Positions 29,103-43,343 of a stretch of DNA of 64,000 bases are shown here, piece by piece. A program made the position numbers and the translations under genes. Source of the DNA: Eledone cirrhosa (taxonomy: Eukaryota). The stretch is from contig OZ024741.1 in the NCBI GenBank assembly GCA_964016885.1, positions 185,380,001-185,444,000 of the forward strand. The letters are read 5' to 3'. The stretch's first letter is position 1; the number at the start of each line of letters is the position of its first letter. The notes under the pieces are model-generated. The model was not told where the DNA came from. It made no database searches and saw nothing but the letters and a program-made list of their open reading frames with translations.

Positions 29103-29576
29103 ATTAAATATATAAATAAATAAATAAATGCCATTGTTAATTAATAAATAAATTAACTAATACCTTAACACTTCACACAAAGTAAAATATTTTGTTTTAA
29201 ACATTTTCTAACCCGGAAAAAAGAGAAAAAAATAAAAGGGAAAAGAATATATTTTTCTTCCTAATAATCGTCTCTGTCTCCCTATTTCCCACTCTACTAC
29301 CCTATGTATTGAGTACTCTGGTGCGTTTTGGTCCATCTGGTTCCTTACCATAATTCCTTCATTATATATATATATGTATATATATATATGTGTGTGTGTG
29401 TGTCTGTGTGTGTGTATATATAAAATAATATAATATAATATATGTAGTAATAAACACAGTAAATTCTGTGTTTAAAATTACGAGGATAGAGAGGTTGGTG
29501 TGACCGATTTAACTTGAAGCAAACGGAAAATACAGGATGAAAAATAAAAAGTACTAACCGTTTCAATAACTCTTAA

Positions 29577-29662
29577 TCTCCCGGACACATTAGAGAATCA
29601 ATCTCTTTCGCCCTAAAAATTGTGTTTGAAACAGATAATCCATAGGCATCTTCAGCGGGAGA
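29577..29662 (-). ncRNA. Type I HHR, long-helix family
   Basis: UCUCCCG-CUGAAGA-U-GCCUA..UAGGGC-GAAA..GUC-CGGGAGA. Confidence 0.7.
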
Positions 29663-29732
29663 GAAGATTAAATGTGACAAACACCTAATACTAAATATTA
29701 CACGAGTGAATATTTCATCTCGTGCGTGAGTC

Positions 29733-29962
<230 letters not shown>

Positions 29963-30029
29963 CGGCGATGAATTAGTTTTGCGAGGTTTTTTATAGGAAA
30001 AATAGTAAAGATAGAATACATTAACCGAT

Positions 30030-30544
<515 letters not shown>

Positions 30545-31187
30545 TATATATATAGTTATATATATAATTCTTAAGACGAAGGATTGATACTATGGTTGTT
30601 TATTTATATATCTACGAGCGTTTCAATGTAGCCAGGATTCTTCACCAATAACGGAGAAAAACCGAACATTCTCAGTTTATTTACTCCACAAAGGCGCTTT
30701 ATTCCAAGTCGTGACTCTTTAGGAAATGCAATAAAGTATTAATTTGTTTAATGTCAAAAGGCAACTCCACCCCAAAACCACCATAACAACAACAAAATAA
30801 AAAAAGAATTACAGAAGATTCATAGTACATAAGCAGAAAGCAAGAGCGTATGCGTGTGAACATAATTACTGGACATGCAACATAAAAGGTTGTGTGTTAT
30901 TTATATATATTTAAAAACACATTTATTTGTCAATTAGTTGAACCAGCGTTTTCGTGAAATAACATTTCAGTGCTCATTTTCAATTTTTATATCGTAAATA
31001 TTTGAAAGTTGTACCATTGTTTATAGTATAATTCGTACTTTAGATTGTCTTTGTAAAAGAAAGGTGAGTTATTATTTTAATAAAAAAAAATTGTTTTAGA
31101 TATATAATTCCCAGAAAGTATGTTTAGATATTTTTCTAACATTTTCTAGTGAGGATATATATACACATATATATACATATATATGTA

Positions 31188-31266
<79 letters not shown>

Positions 31267-31389
31267 AAATTAAGATAAATCAAAGTGAATTTAATCTAAA
31301 TCAAAATGATGGGTGTCATGCCAGAAAGGCATGCGCAATATCACCCGTAAAATAAGCTCCAAGATTCTAATGAATAAGTCCGAGCATTT

Positions 31390-31878
31390 TATAACAACTA
31401 AAAATTGATTAACATATAAATAAACATATGAAACAATCACAGGGGATAATTTGTAAAAGTATGTAAGCACACATAGCTAGGTAGGTAACTAAATAAAGTT
31501 AACTAAAACTTCATAAATATATACCTTATAATATGATTAATCTTCCCTGTATATATTCCATTAAAGAAATATATTTCACCAATTAATCGAATGGTAAACC
31601 ACGGAGGCCGATACTTGGATTTTCAACAAGGAAGAAGTCCAGCCATCTGTGTTTACGCATTAAGTTCAAATCAGCGACTGGTCAGTAACAAGTTCTGTAT
31701 CTACTAAAAATACACACATCATACCAGCTTCGTCCCAGTGGCGTGAATAGGGTTATCGACAACTAGAAACAGCAGTCAAGTCCTTTCAACAGATTTAGCT
31801 CTACAATTAAAGTAAAAATTATCCCCTGTGATTGTTTCATATGTTTATTTATATGTTAATCAATTTCTAGTTGTTATA
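31390..31878. mobile_element. Element with about 65-bp terminal inverted repeats
   Basis: 31390-31453 is the reverse complement of 31816-31878. Confidence 0.7.
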
Positions 31879-32061
31879 TATATAGAGAGAGAGATATATA
31901 GATAGATATATTATCTATATTACTGCCCTGTAAAACAACTGATGTTCTTACATTGAGCTATTTCTCTTACTGGTAATAAGGTAGTAGAAATTACTGACCT
32001 TTCCTGTTTATAGTTGTTTATAGTTTAGTATATACATAACTATAAATAGTATATTTAATAT

Positions 32062-32104
<43 letters not shown>

Positions 32105-32253
32105 GCAAGCACACACACAAGCACACACACACACACACACACACACACCCACGCATACACAAACATACACATCCCCCCACACACACACTCATTTAATGCT
32201 GAATCCGGTATTGTAAATAAATTAATGTTTTAAAATTTCACCAAAAATATCTA

Positions 32254-32290
<37 letters not shown>

Positions 32291-32743
32291 AAATGAAAAT
32301 CCGAAGGCAAGGTAAAATTCCAATCATTTAATCACGACACATGTTTCAATAAGAGATAGATCGATTGTGAAGCCATGATAGATTATCACTGATCGCATCA
32401 GGTGAAAATGAATTGTCTTCAAATTCTTGATATGATGGAGAAAAAATAACGATGTTCTCTCATAGAATTCATTCCCTCATATATATATATATATATATAA
32501 GAAAGTCGTTTTTATTGCTCACTATTAGTCATATAAAAGATATAAAATTGAAAATGATGTACATGAAGTCTTTAAGATAATACAATTATAATTGATGTAA
32601 ACGGTTTCACAATTTCAAGATTTTCTATCATCCGAGGAATTATGGACGGCAAAGTCTATTCGGCAGGATAGGATTACAGAACATAAAGAGTCATAACTTA
32701 GTCACAAATACTTTTTGACCAGTATTTTAACAATTCTACCACT

Positions 32744-33308
32744 GGTGATGATTATAATGCTAATTGTTTCTACGTTAGGCACAAGGCCAGCAAGTACACA
32801 GTGCATTACTGGTACTTTATTTCATCGACCCCGTAAGGATGAAAGGCAAAGTCCACCTCGGTGGGTGATGCTTATAATGCTAATTGTTTCTACGTTAGGC
32901 ACAAGGCCAGCAATTACCCAGTGCATTACTGGTACTTTATTTCATCGACCCCGTAAGGATGAAAGGCAAAGTCCACCTCGGTGGGTGATGCTTATAATGA
33001 TAATTGTTTCTACGTTAGGCACAAGGCCAGCAATTACCCAGTGTATTACTGGTACTTTATTTTATTGACCCCGTAAGGATGAAAGGCAAAGTCTACCTCG
33101 GTGGGTGATGCTTATAATGATAATTGTTTCTACGTTAGGCACAAGGCCAGCAATTACCCAGTGTATTACTGGTACTTTATTTTATCGACCCCGTAAGGAT
33201 GAAAGGCAAAGTTAACCTCGGCCGGATTTGAACTCAGAATGGTAAGGGCCGTAACTCTATGCGTTAAAACATGATGTCCGACGCTCTACCGATACTGCCA
33301 ATCCACCG
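32744..33308 (-). mobile_element. SINE array: three 120-bp 3' halves plus one full copy
   Basis: Exact 120-bp periodicity. Confidence 0.92.
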
Positions 33309-33401
33309 ATGCTTATAATGATAATGATGAAGACGATGATTATGATGATGATGTTGATGATGAAAATGTGATGATGGAGGTGGTTGTGGTGGTGGTTACG
33401 T

Positions 33402-33432
<31 letters not shown>

Positions 33433-34039
33433 ACTGTTGGTCAGTTCAGTGGTCCTGATTTTTATGATATCCATCGTCATGAGGGTTATAAAGGGTACTG
33501 ATAATCATCATCACCTTCATCATGAAAGATCGTGAGGTTTGTGGTGGTGGTGCTGTGCTGGTGGTGCTGGTGGTGGTAACGGGGGGGGGGTGATGCTGAT
33601 GCTGATGCTGATGCTGATGATGTTGATGATGAGGAGGTTGATGATGAGGAAAGGAGGAGAGGAAGGGGGGGGGGGGCGAGCGAGGTGGGTAAAGAGGATA
33701 AGGAGGATGAGAATGATTATAAGGATAAAGTAGTAGAGGAGGAGGTGGAGGAAGAGAAAGATCTCGACGTCGAAATGATGGCGTCGTCGATGATGATGAT
33801 GGTGGTTACTACTACGGCGATGATGCTGATGCTACTACTGCGGCAACTTCTGATGATGATTTATAATTGTATTCAAGTTTATAATATAAGATGCCAACCA
33901 AGTCATCCTATAATGCATTTTATTTAATGAAGATATAGGGAGAAGCTGCAGCATCTAACCAGTATGCGAAATACAACAGTATTACATGTAAAAACATCTT
34001 TGTTATTGCATTCTACGAACGTCTGTTTGTTTTAATGCC

Positions 34040-34085
34040 TTAACCAAACTCCTTACAACCAGCAACACCTGCAGTGGTTTTATCT
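34040..34085 (-). CDS. Candidate terminal exon, unknown gene 2
   Basis: ctttacatatcag acceptor; DKTTAGVAGCKEFG*; AATAAA near 33920. Confidence 0.35.
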
Positions 34086-34792
34086 CTGATATGTAAAGAA
34101 GTCTCTACCATAATACTTAATAATAATTTGAAACGTTTAATAATAATATTAGGATTTACTCACAACGAAGCAAACAAACAGAAATTTCATTATTGGAATC
34201 ATATAATAAAACAGAATAAAAAAAGATGTAAAAAGCATTTATCACAAACACTTGTGGAAATATGAGTATGACATTGTAATGAAAACTCAAATTTCTGTCA
34301 AGCTGGGGACTATTTTACACATTAAAGTAGAGATAAAGACGTGAACGATATCTGTAACAGCTTTTGATACTTTTAAACAAAATGATATAGGGCTTATTTA
34401 AAATAATTACTTCTATCCCATTTCCTAACCTGCCATTCTCTCCCAGGAAATGTTAGTTAATGCTAATAGAGATTAAATATCGAGGTAAAAATTATTACAA
34501 AAGATAAATAGAGAAATCAGAATACAATGATTGTATAATCAATGGAATGCTTTAAATACAGAATGTTTCAGATATGATTACTGCTCTGGTATTAAGAATT
34601 GATTGATGGCTTGATAATAAAGATATCCGGTTACGTGGCGAAAATAGTGCGTAGAAATAGCAGCCACATTTCCGTTAAATATTATATTCATTAGGTGTTT
34701 TCAGTACACACACACACTCACACACACACACACACACACACGCACACACACATATATATATATATATGTTGTATATATATATATATATATGT

Positions 34793-34862
<70 letters not shown>

Positions 34863-35006
34863 TACATATTTATTCACACATATACATATACATATACATA
34901 TACGTATACATATATATATATATACACACACACATATACACATATATATATGTATATGTATAGTGACGAAACATAAGTCAATTGCATGAACATATAATCC
35001 TTTTTT

Positions 35007-35062
35007 ACTGCTATATATATTTCGATGATAGCCATTGAATGGCTATGACCTCATCAGGCAGT
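35007..35062 (-). ncRNA. Type I HHR, canonical core
   Basis: ACUGC-CUGAUGA-GGUCAUAGCCAU UCA AUGGCUAUCAUC-GAAA-UAUAUA-UA-GCAGU. Confidence 0.85.
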
Positions 35063-35124
35063 TAGTCAGTTCTTAGATATGCCAGATCTGTGTTTATAGT
35101 GTTGATGGTATCAGAGCCTTGGGC

Positions 35125-35221
<97 letters not shown>

Positions 35222-35255
35222 GATATGCAAATTAGGCTGCACATATATATATATA

Positions 35256-35613
35256 TAAAGAAAAAGAGATGAAATCGAAAATGCAACTGGAGTCTTATTT
35301 TTAAAAAAAATATATATATTTATTTGTTTTTTTTACCGGTTTCGCAGTTCTTCTGCTTTTCAAAGGGTGTGTTGAGATGGAGGGTTTGTGATTTTTCTCA
35401 CATCTGGCTGTGTGAGAAAAACCACAGACCCTCCATCTCAACTCACCTTTTGAAAAGCAGAAGAACTGCGAAACCGGTAAAGGAACCAAATAAATATATA
35501 TATTTTTTTTTAAAATAAGACTCCAGTTGCATTTTCGATTTCATCTCTTTTTCTTTATACTTTCACTCGTGTAGGACACCTCGGTTATTTTTCATTTTGT
35601 AAAAAAAACTCAC

Positions 35614-35620
<7 letters not shown>
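35256..35620. mobile_element. Family A fold-back insertion; HHR at 35446-35483 (+), damaged mirror at 35331-35368 (-)
   Basis: Inverted arms about a centre near 35405. Confidence 0.88.
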
Positions 35621-35675
<55 letters not shown>

Positions 35676-36133
35676 GATATGCAAATTAGGCTGCTCAGCA
35701 GTTAATATGCATAAGAAAGTATATACTTTCAGACGTTCAACCATCTGACAGGAAGGTATACAATGCTGACGATAGCTAATAAGCTTGTAACTAGTACATC
35801 GTTCCTGTGTCAGTGTTGAACAAAAAGGTGACGTGGTTGCCTAAACACTGTACGGCGTAATTCGAAAGAAACCGAGCATTATAATAAATGTTCGGTAAAC
35901 CGATACGTGCATATATATATGTGTGCATGTATGTATACATATATGCGCATATATATATGTGTGTACGTCTGTATATATATATATGTATGTACGTATACAT
36001 ACATACATACTTACATTTAAGTAAGTGCCGTACTAAGAGTGAGAAATGAAATTTCGTCTCATTCTATTCTATATATATATATAGAATAGAATGAAACGAA
36101 ATTATATACATATATATATATACATATATACAC

Positions 36134-36186
<53 letters not shown>

Positions 36187-36191
36187 GGTAT

Positions 36192-36385
36192 GTGAAGGCA
36201 TGTGGCTGAGCGTTTAGAGAATTAGATTCACAATCTCGAGGTTGTGAGTTCGATTCTTGGACCGGGCGATACTTTATTTCACGTTGCTCCATCTACCTGT
36301 AGTTGCGACAGATAGATAGTATTAGCAACTGAAAAGACCAACAGAAACATTGTTTCCTCGGTCCGATTTGACGAAAGTCAATCGA
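36192..36385 (+). mobile_element. Second tRNA-derived SINE family, partial
   Basis: tggctgagcgttt A-like box, gagttcgattc B box. Confidence 0.7.
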
Positions 36386-36626
36386 TATATATATATATAT
36401 ATATATATACATACATATATTTAATATACAATGGCTTGTACAGGACTAGGTCTGTTTCAATCGAAGGAAATAGTTCTAGTCATGTAGAAGCTATTTCTAT
36501 ATTAAATATTCATACACTATGTGTTGAGTACATTACTTACTGTGGTTACTCTCAATTGAAACCGGGATACACACACACACACACGCACGCATATATATAT
36601 ATATATATAAGTTTTAATATAGATGA

Positions 36627-36675
36627 GATTCTACAGGACTAGAACTGTTTCATTCTTTAGAAATCATCAGGAATC
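36627..36675 (-). ncRNA. Type I HHR in palindromic element 36611-36803
   Basis: GAUUC-CUGAUGA-UUUC UAAA GAAU-GAAA-CAG UUCUAGUC CUG-UA-GAAUC. Confidence 0.75.
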
Positions 36676-36803
36676 TTGATGATTTCTAAAGAATAAAACA
36701 GTTCTAGTCCTGTAGAATCTCATCTATATTAAAACTTTTATACTATGCAATGTATTGAGTACCTTACTTACTGTGGTTACCTCCGACTCAACCCGGAATA
36801 ACG

Positions 36804-36837
<34 letters not shown>

Positions 36838-37199
36838 ACTCGCCATTCGATTTGACGTATGAGGATTCAACAGGCTCTTCATTTCATTGCTTTATGTTTA
36901 TGCCTCAAATGACACTTCAATCCAGCTGCTGATTTACGCATCAATCGACATTTGGTGCAGGTGACAGGATCTTGAACAGTGCAGGCTGGAAAGCCTGTCA
37001 GGGTTCTGGTGTCAGATCTTATCTCACAGAGATGGGCTAAACAAGACCTTTATATATATATATATATACTGTATATATACTGTATGTTTATTTTAAAACA
37101 TTTTGTGATGATGATGAAGGTGGGGGAGAATACAATGAAGTAGATAATTGTCGAGGGCGGGGATATGAATAAGAAGGGAAAAGGGTGTATGAAAGGAGG

Positions 37200-37913
<714 letters not shown>

Positions 37914-37941
37914 TCACACACACACACACACATTCACACAT

Positions 37942-37972
<31 letters not shown>

Positions 37973-38059
37973 AATACATATAAACATATACACATACATA
38001 TATACATGCATATTATATATAGATATCTTTCTTTATAAACATATACACACACAGACACA

Positions 38060-38096
<37 letters not shown>

Positions 38097-38501
38097 CATA
38101 AAGGAAATCATATTACCGTTCAAAATCATAAATATTGATATTATTCGGTTTACTGTAAGATATATAATTATTGAAATACTATCAAACAGAAAGAATACCA
38201 GAATAACAGATTATTGTTGGAATAATGAAAGAAAAGAGTGCTCTTGAAGGAAGAATCGTAAAATAAACCCTTTTATTTTCTATCATTATTTTATACTTTG
38301 TATATTTTAGAACGTGAAGCACGAAATACTAAAACCATAGAACATAACTATATATCTATGAAAAAAAGCTAAATATCTATGAAAAAATGTTAAAATAACA
38401 TGTTGTTTACGATAACAGTTGAGAATATGTTGATGGTGATAATAGTGGTGGTGGTGGTGGTCGTGCTGGTGGTGTTGCTCGTTGTTTTTGGTGGTGGTAT
38501 T

Positions 38502-38660
38502 GAAGAAGAAGAAGAAGAAGAAGAAGAAGAAGAAGAAGAAGAAGAAGAAGAAGAAGAAGAAGAAGAAGAAGAAGAAGAAGAAGAAGAAGAAGAAGAAGAA
38601 GAAGAAGAAGAAGAAGAAGAAGAAGAAGAAGAAGAAGAAGACGACGACGACGACGACGAC
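38502..38660. repeat. (GAA)n(GAC)n microsatellite
   Basis: Direct reading. Confidence 0.95.
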
Positions 38661-38855
38661 CAAGTGGTATAGCGAAAGAAAACACGAGACATTATGGAAT
38701 GTAATTACTTCTGGAAATCTAAATCCAGTGTAATTTACTTCCCATTTGGTAAAAAGTTCCTATTTAAATATGCATATATATTTATATGTACACACACACA
38801 CATACAGTCACATACATATCACCCCCATGTATATATATATATATATTTACATACA

Positions 38856-38891
<36 letters not shown>

Positions 38892-39677
38892 CTTTGATTT
38901 CTTCTACTCCCTGTCTGATAAACATATCTAAATTATCTACCGACATTTACATAATTGCTATTTTCGTTGGGCTCACATCTCTCCTTTTTATATTCTGTAT
39001 CTTGCTAATAACACAAATATAATTGCACGAGTATGTCTTTATCATTTTAAACAATATAAATATGTGTCTGTATGTATTTGTGTGTGCATACACAAATACA
39101 TAGACACACTCATATATGTATATGTTGGGTTTTGAAAGTGACAGTATGAGATTACACTACGCAATTTAGAATATATGTTATCTTTTATTAACTAAGTATA
39201 TATCGGGAGTTACTCAAGTTCCTAGCATTTGGTGATAAGATATTTGTCTAGATGACATCTGCATTGGCTTGAATATACCTTAATATATATCCTGTCACAC
39301 ACAGACACATACACACACAGACACACACACACAGACACACACAGACACACATAGACAATATATATATATATATATTTTAAAGAGTTAAACAAGATTCAAA
39401 GAATGAGTTTTACAGTAGATTGAAAGCACTCTACAGCATATATTTTCCAGAGTTATTAATATTAAATTCAAATATTAATAAAATAGATGTTCTTGTGATC
39501 AATTACATTTTATTATACATATTTCAGAGGTACTTGAATCAAGTTCAATAGTACGTCCGCATCAGATAAAATAAAATGATACATGACATACCCTGACATG
39601 TTAAATGGTTAAGATTTAAATGGTTAAGATTTAATCTTAACCATTTAACATGTTAGGGTATGTCATGTATCATTTTA

Positions 39678-39741
39678 TTTTATCTGATGAGGACGTACTA
39701 TTGAACTTGATTCAAGTACCTCTGAAATATGTATAATAAAA
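39678..39741 (+). ncRNA. Type I HHR in palindrome 39457-39790 (mirror 39508-39571 has A9C)
   Basis: UUUUAU-CUGAUGA-GGACGUAC..GUACCUCU-GAAA-UAUGUA-UA-AUAAAA. Confidence 0.8.
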
Positions 39742-39788
39742 TTTAATTGATCACTAGAACATCTATTTTATTAATATTTGACTTTAAT

Positions 39789-39860
<72 letters not shown>

Positions 39861-39861
<1 letters not shown>

Positions 39862-40190
39862 GATATTAATAAATGGAAACTATATTTATAAAACCATATT
39901 TATTTCATTATACATATTTCAAGGACACCAAGTTAAATTATGGTGTGCTTTCATCGGATAAAATATAATATAGGTCAGTTTTATAAATAAATAATGACAT
40001 ACCCTTAAAGAATGCAACCATTACTGTTGGTAGCTCCCGAATAGTGGAGTTGTAGCTTGAAATATGTATAATGAAATAAATATGGTTTTATAAATATAGT
40101 TTCCATTTGTTAATATCGTATTTTTACTCAAATATTTGTTGAGTGCTTTATATCAGTTATAAAAATATTTGCTTGTTGTATCCCAACAAT
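39861..40190 (-). mobile_element. Penelope-type end with inverted tail and HHR (39903-39963, U4C)
   Basis: 39861-39923 is inverted at 40056-40118. Confidence 0.7.
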
Positions 40191-40205
40191 TTAAATATAA
40201 CTTTT

Positions 40206-40236
<31 letters not shown>

Positions 40237-40447
40237 ATAATTTACGAACGTTTCTATCAATACAGTAAGAAACTACAACTCATCTTTATCGATTTCCTCA
40301 GAAACTTATACAACATGAATAGCATAATTATTTACCATTCACGTGTCTGAACAACTCCATTACGAAATCGTAAACAAATTTAAAATATAGTTGGGCAAAC
40401 GTTAGAGCATGGAATGCTAAAGTCGTAATTAAAATTTATAAGTAATA

Positions 40448-40630
40448 ATTGTTTCTACTTTAGGCAGAAGGCCAGCAATTACCCAGTGCATTACTGGTAC
40501 TTTATTTTTTCGACCCCGTAAGGATGAAAGGCAAAGTCAACCTCGGCGGGATTTGAACTCACATCATAAAGGGACGTAACTATGCTGGAAAGCATGGTGT
40601 CCGACCCTCTACTGATACTGCCAATCCACC
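40448..40630 (-). mobile_element. tRNA-derived SINE with TSD aagtaataat
   Basis: Full consensus; duplication on both flanks. Confidence 0.9.
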
Positions 40631-40639
40631 AAGTAATAA

Positions 40640-41290
40640 TGCTTCTGGACCCTCTGGGAAGATTTGGTTGATAGGATAGTCAGGACAATGTATGCAGATA
40701 CTATTGCATCCAAATTTAGAGAACTCCCTGGTCAAATTGGGGGCGTTGAGGCAGAGGGGAGATTATTAAGCGCAACAGTTTCTGCATCAACTGGGCGAAA
40801 GAGGCGGATGATAAGAGGACCCCTTTTTTCAATCAAGATGTCAAAGATGAGATCCGTTGAAAAAAGGAGACTTTAAACACTTTTACTTGGAAATAAGCCC
40901 TTCTTCTCGTATTTGCTGTACAAACAGGCACGAAGAATAGCAGCAGAGTAAAGACGTCCAAAGATAAGACATGGGAGTCATTTGGGGTTAAGCTGGAATT
41001 CGACATCACATCAGCAAATAAAATGTTCTGGCAGACCATCTACCGATGTCGTAATAAGAAACTCTCCTCCCACTCTGCTATCTATACGGAGTGCACCCTC
41101 GCGAGTTGGGGAGAATACCTTGCTGATCTCCAAAAACCCGCCCGATCACAGCAGCGTTGTCGTCTCTCTCAGTGGCTGAGGTCACAAGAGAATATAAAGA
41201 GGTCAAATGTAGCAAGGATGCTAGGGAAGATGAAATCCAGCCCGAGATGTTAAAAGCTTTCAATATAGAAGGTAATCTCTGGCTGACTTA
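40640..41290 (+). mobile_element. Decayed RTE-clade LINE fragment
   Basis: KDAREDEIQPEMLKA..WLT (K.PG.D.I..E.LK motif). Confidence 0.6.
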
Positions 41291-41711
41291 TTTAAATAAT
41301 TTGAATGTGCTTTATTTTTGGTTATATTTATTCATTACACACACATATATGTATATATTTATATATATATATATGTGTGTTTGTGGGGGGGGGGGGGGTG
41401 TATATATGTATATATATATATTTAATAAGAGAGACGGTTTCATTCGTAAGTCTTCATTTTATTGTCTAATTCATTATAAGTATTTCAAAGATGCAACGGT
41501 AGTTATATATATTTATATATAAAACTTGAAAGGACCTTGTCATTGCGCTCTCAAAAAATCCAGTCATAATTTTACACAGGAGATTTTGATTGCTTTCATG
41601 TTTTGTTTGGTTTCCATCATCGCCTATACATGTGTCACAAAATTGCCAAGCTATTTTGCGTTCTCTGCTTGGTATATTAATCATGTGTTTTTAACCATAG
41701 AACAGGCTTAC

Positions 41712-41754
41712 TTTGCACATACACCATATTGGGTTTGATACCACTTCGAGGCCT
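41712..41754 (-). CDS. Candidate internal exon, gene 2
   Basis: acggcag|..GCAAA|gtaagc; phase-compatible with neighbours. Confidence 0.35.
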
Positions 41755-41811
41755 CTGCCGTTACAATACGTCAATATTTAATTTAACTTTCTGTTCATTA
41801 TTAACATGGGA

Positions 41812-42191
41812 TGGATTGGCAGTATCGGTAGAGCGTCGGACGCCATTCTTTGACGCATAGAGTTACGGCCATTGCCATTCTGAGTTCAAATCCCGCCGAG
41901 GTTAACTTTGCCTTTCATCCTTACGGGGTCGATAAAATAAAGTACCAGTAATACACTGGGTAATTGCTGGCCTTGTCCCAAAAGTAGAAACAATTATTAA
42001 CATGGGATGGATTGGCAGTATCGGTAGAGCGTCGGACGTCATGCTTGACGCATAGAGTTACGGCCCTTGCCATTCTGAATTCAAATCCCGCCGAGGTTTA
42101 CTTTGCTTTTCATCCTTACGGGGTCGATAAAATAAAGTACCAGTAATGCGGTGGGTATTTGCTGGCCTTGTGCCAAAAAGTAGAAACAATT
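41812..42191 (+). mobile_element. Two tandem full-length SINEs
   Basis: attattaacatggga at 41797, 41993 and 42189. Confidence 0.92.
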
Positions 42192-42378
42192 ATTAACATG
42201 GGACAGTTTGTCCTGATATATTTCTCAGTGAAACGGGACGGGTTGAATCATATGTACGTTGATGACAATCTATTTCCATACTGTTTTTTCTACACAGTTT
42301 CTCTGGAAAGTTTTATGTCTATTGAAGGGTAGGTTGTAGAACACGGATATATCATGTATATATGTATATGTATATATA

Positions 42379-42419
<41 letters not shown>

Positions 42420-42446
42420 GGTTACACAACAGTTAGTTCACGACAC

Positions 42447-42484
42447 CGAGAACAATTGTTTCACCTTAGCGGCTCGTCAGCTCG
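42447..42484 (-). ncRNA. Minimal type I HHR, canonical core
   Basis: CGAG-CUGACGA-GCC GCUAA GGU-GAAA-CAAUUG-UU-CUCG. Confidence 0.85.
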
Positions 42485-42868
42485 TAATATAATCTTTATA
42501 TATAATCTTTATATATATATATATACATATATATAAAGATTAACAAGCACCAAAGTGTCACTATACTTTTAAACTAACATGTTTTAGACGATAGAGCTTC
42601 ATTCCGATGATGTGATGTTACAAAATCAAAATTTTCAGGAATTTTTTAAAGAAGACTTTTTTCCCCAAATTTATTATTTAATTTCCCTTATATTTTCATA
42701 CTGCGACCATCGGGAATATGGTATGTGTTAGTTTAATAACATATTGACTCTTTGGTGCTTCTTAATCTCTATATATCAGCTCTGCATCAACCCCATTGCA
42801 TTTAGCATTATACCCTTTGGGAAAGTTTATACCCAATAATAGCAACACTGTTATTATTATTAATATTG

Positions 42869-42913
<45 letters not shown>

Positions 42914-42915
<2 letters not shown>

Positions 42916-43020
42916 CGAAGGAAATGTGGTAAGTAACCAGGTGGACCATAACGCACCAAAGTACAGAATTAGCCGTCGAAACGGCTTGAGCTCAGCCGTC
43001 GGGGTCCTACTCGTTCCTAT
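42914..43020. mobile_element. Family G: inverted Penelope tail plus HHR 3' half
   Basis: Related copies at 1945-2010, 52259-52395, 62056-62218, 63812-64000. Confidence 0.75.
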
Positions 43021-43076
43021 ATATATATATATATATAGTTTACCTACTCTCATAGCTGTTTGTTGCATATGATCTC

Positions 43077-43165
43077 ATCTCCCGCAGAAGATTGCCCCCG
43101 GATTATAATTTACAAACACAACTTTTAAGGTCGAAACAGATTAATCTTTAATCTGTCCGGGAGAT
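43077..43165 (+). ncRNA. Type I HHR (U4A), long-helix family
   Basis: AUCUCCCG-CAGAAGA..GAAA-CAGAUUAA UCU UUAAUCUG-UC-CGGGAGAU. Confidence 0.7.
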
Positions 43166-43297
43166 AATACGTATTGAAACGGTCAGTACATTTTAATTTA
43201 TCTTTCATTCTCCGCGTGATTCAGAGTTTATATTCGTCAAACCAACGTGGTCTTACTACCCTTGTAATTCTAAAGACACAATTTACTGTGTTTATTC

Positions 43298-43343
<46 letters not shown>

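Larger units (their letters stand above)
24460..29362 (+). mobile_element. Penelope-like element (Neptune-like), near full length, decayed
   Basis: RT motifs GTAMGTKVASSYANL and RYLDD (27561); C-x2-C linker; NLIYVLTCSGCQEHYIAQT GIY-YIG; 24460-24828 is an inverted copy of 28930-29292. Confidence 0.93.

Noticed and set aside
30615-30680. HHR-like motif on minus strand
   Set aside because: Core has a deletion and helix I does not pair
32332-32405. HHR-like motif (CUGAUGC..GAAACAUGUGUC)
   Set aside because: Probably a relic; A9 mutated and helix II unpaired, so not called
32744-33308. CRISPR-like periodicity
   Set aside because: No unique spacers; units are SINE halves in eukaryotic DNA
35761-35801. 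HHR-like motif CUGACGA..GUAA-CUAG-UA
   Set aside because: GAAA mutated; treated as a decayed copy only
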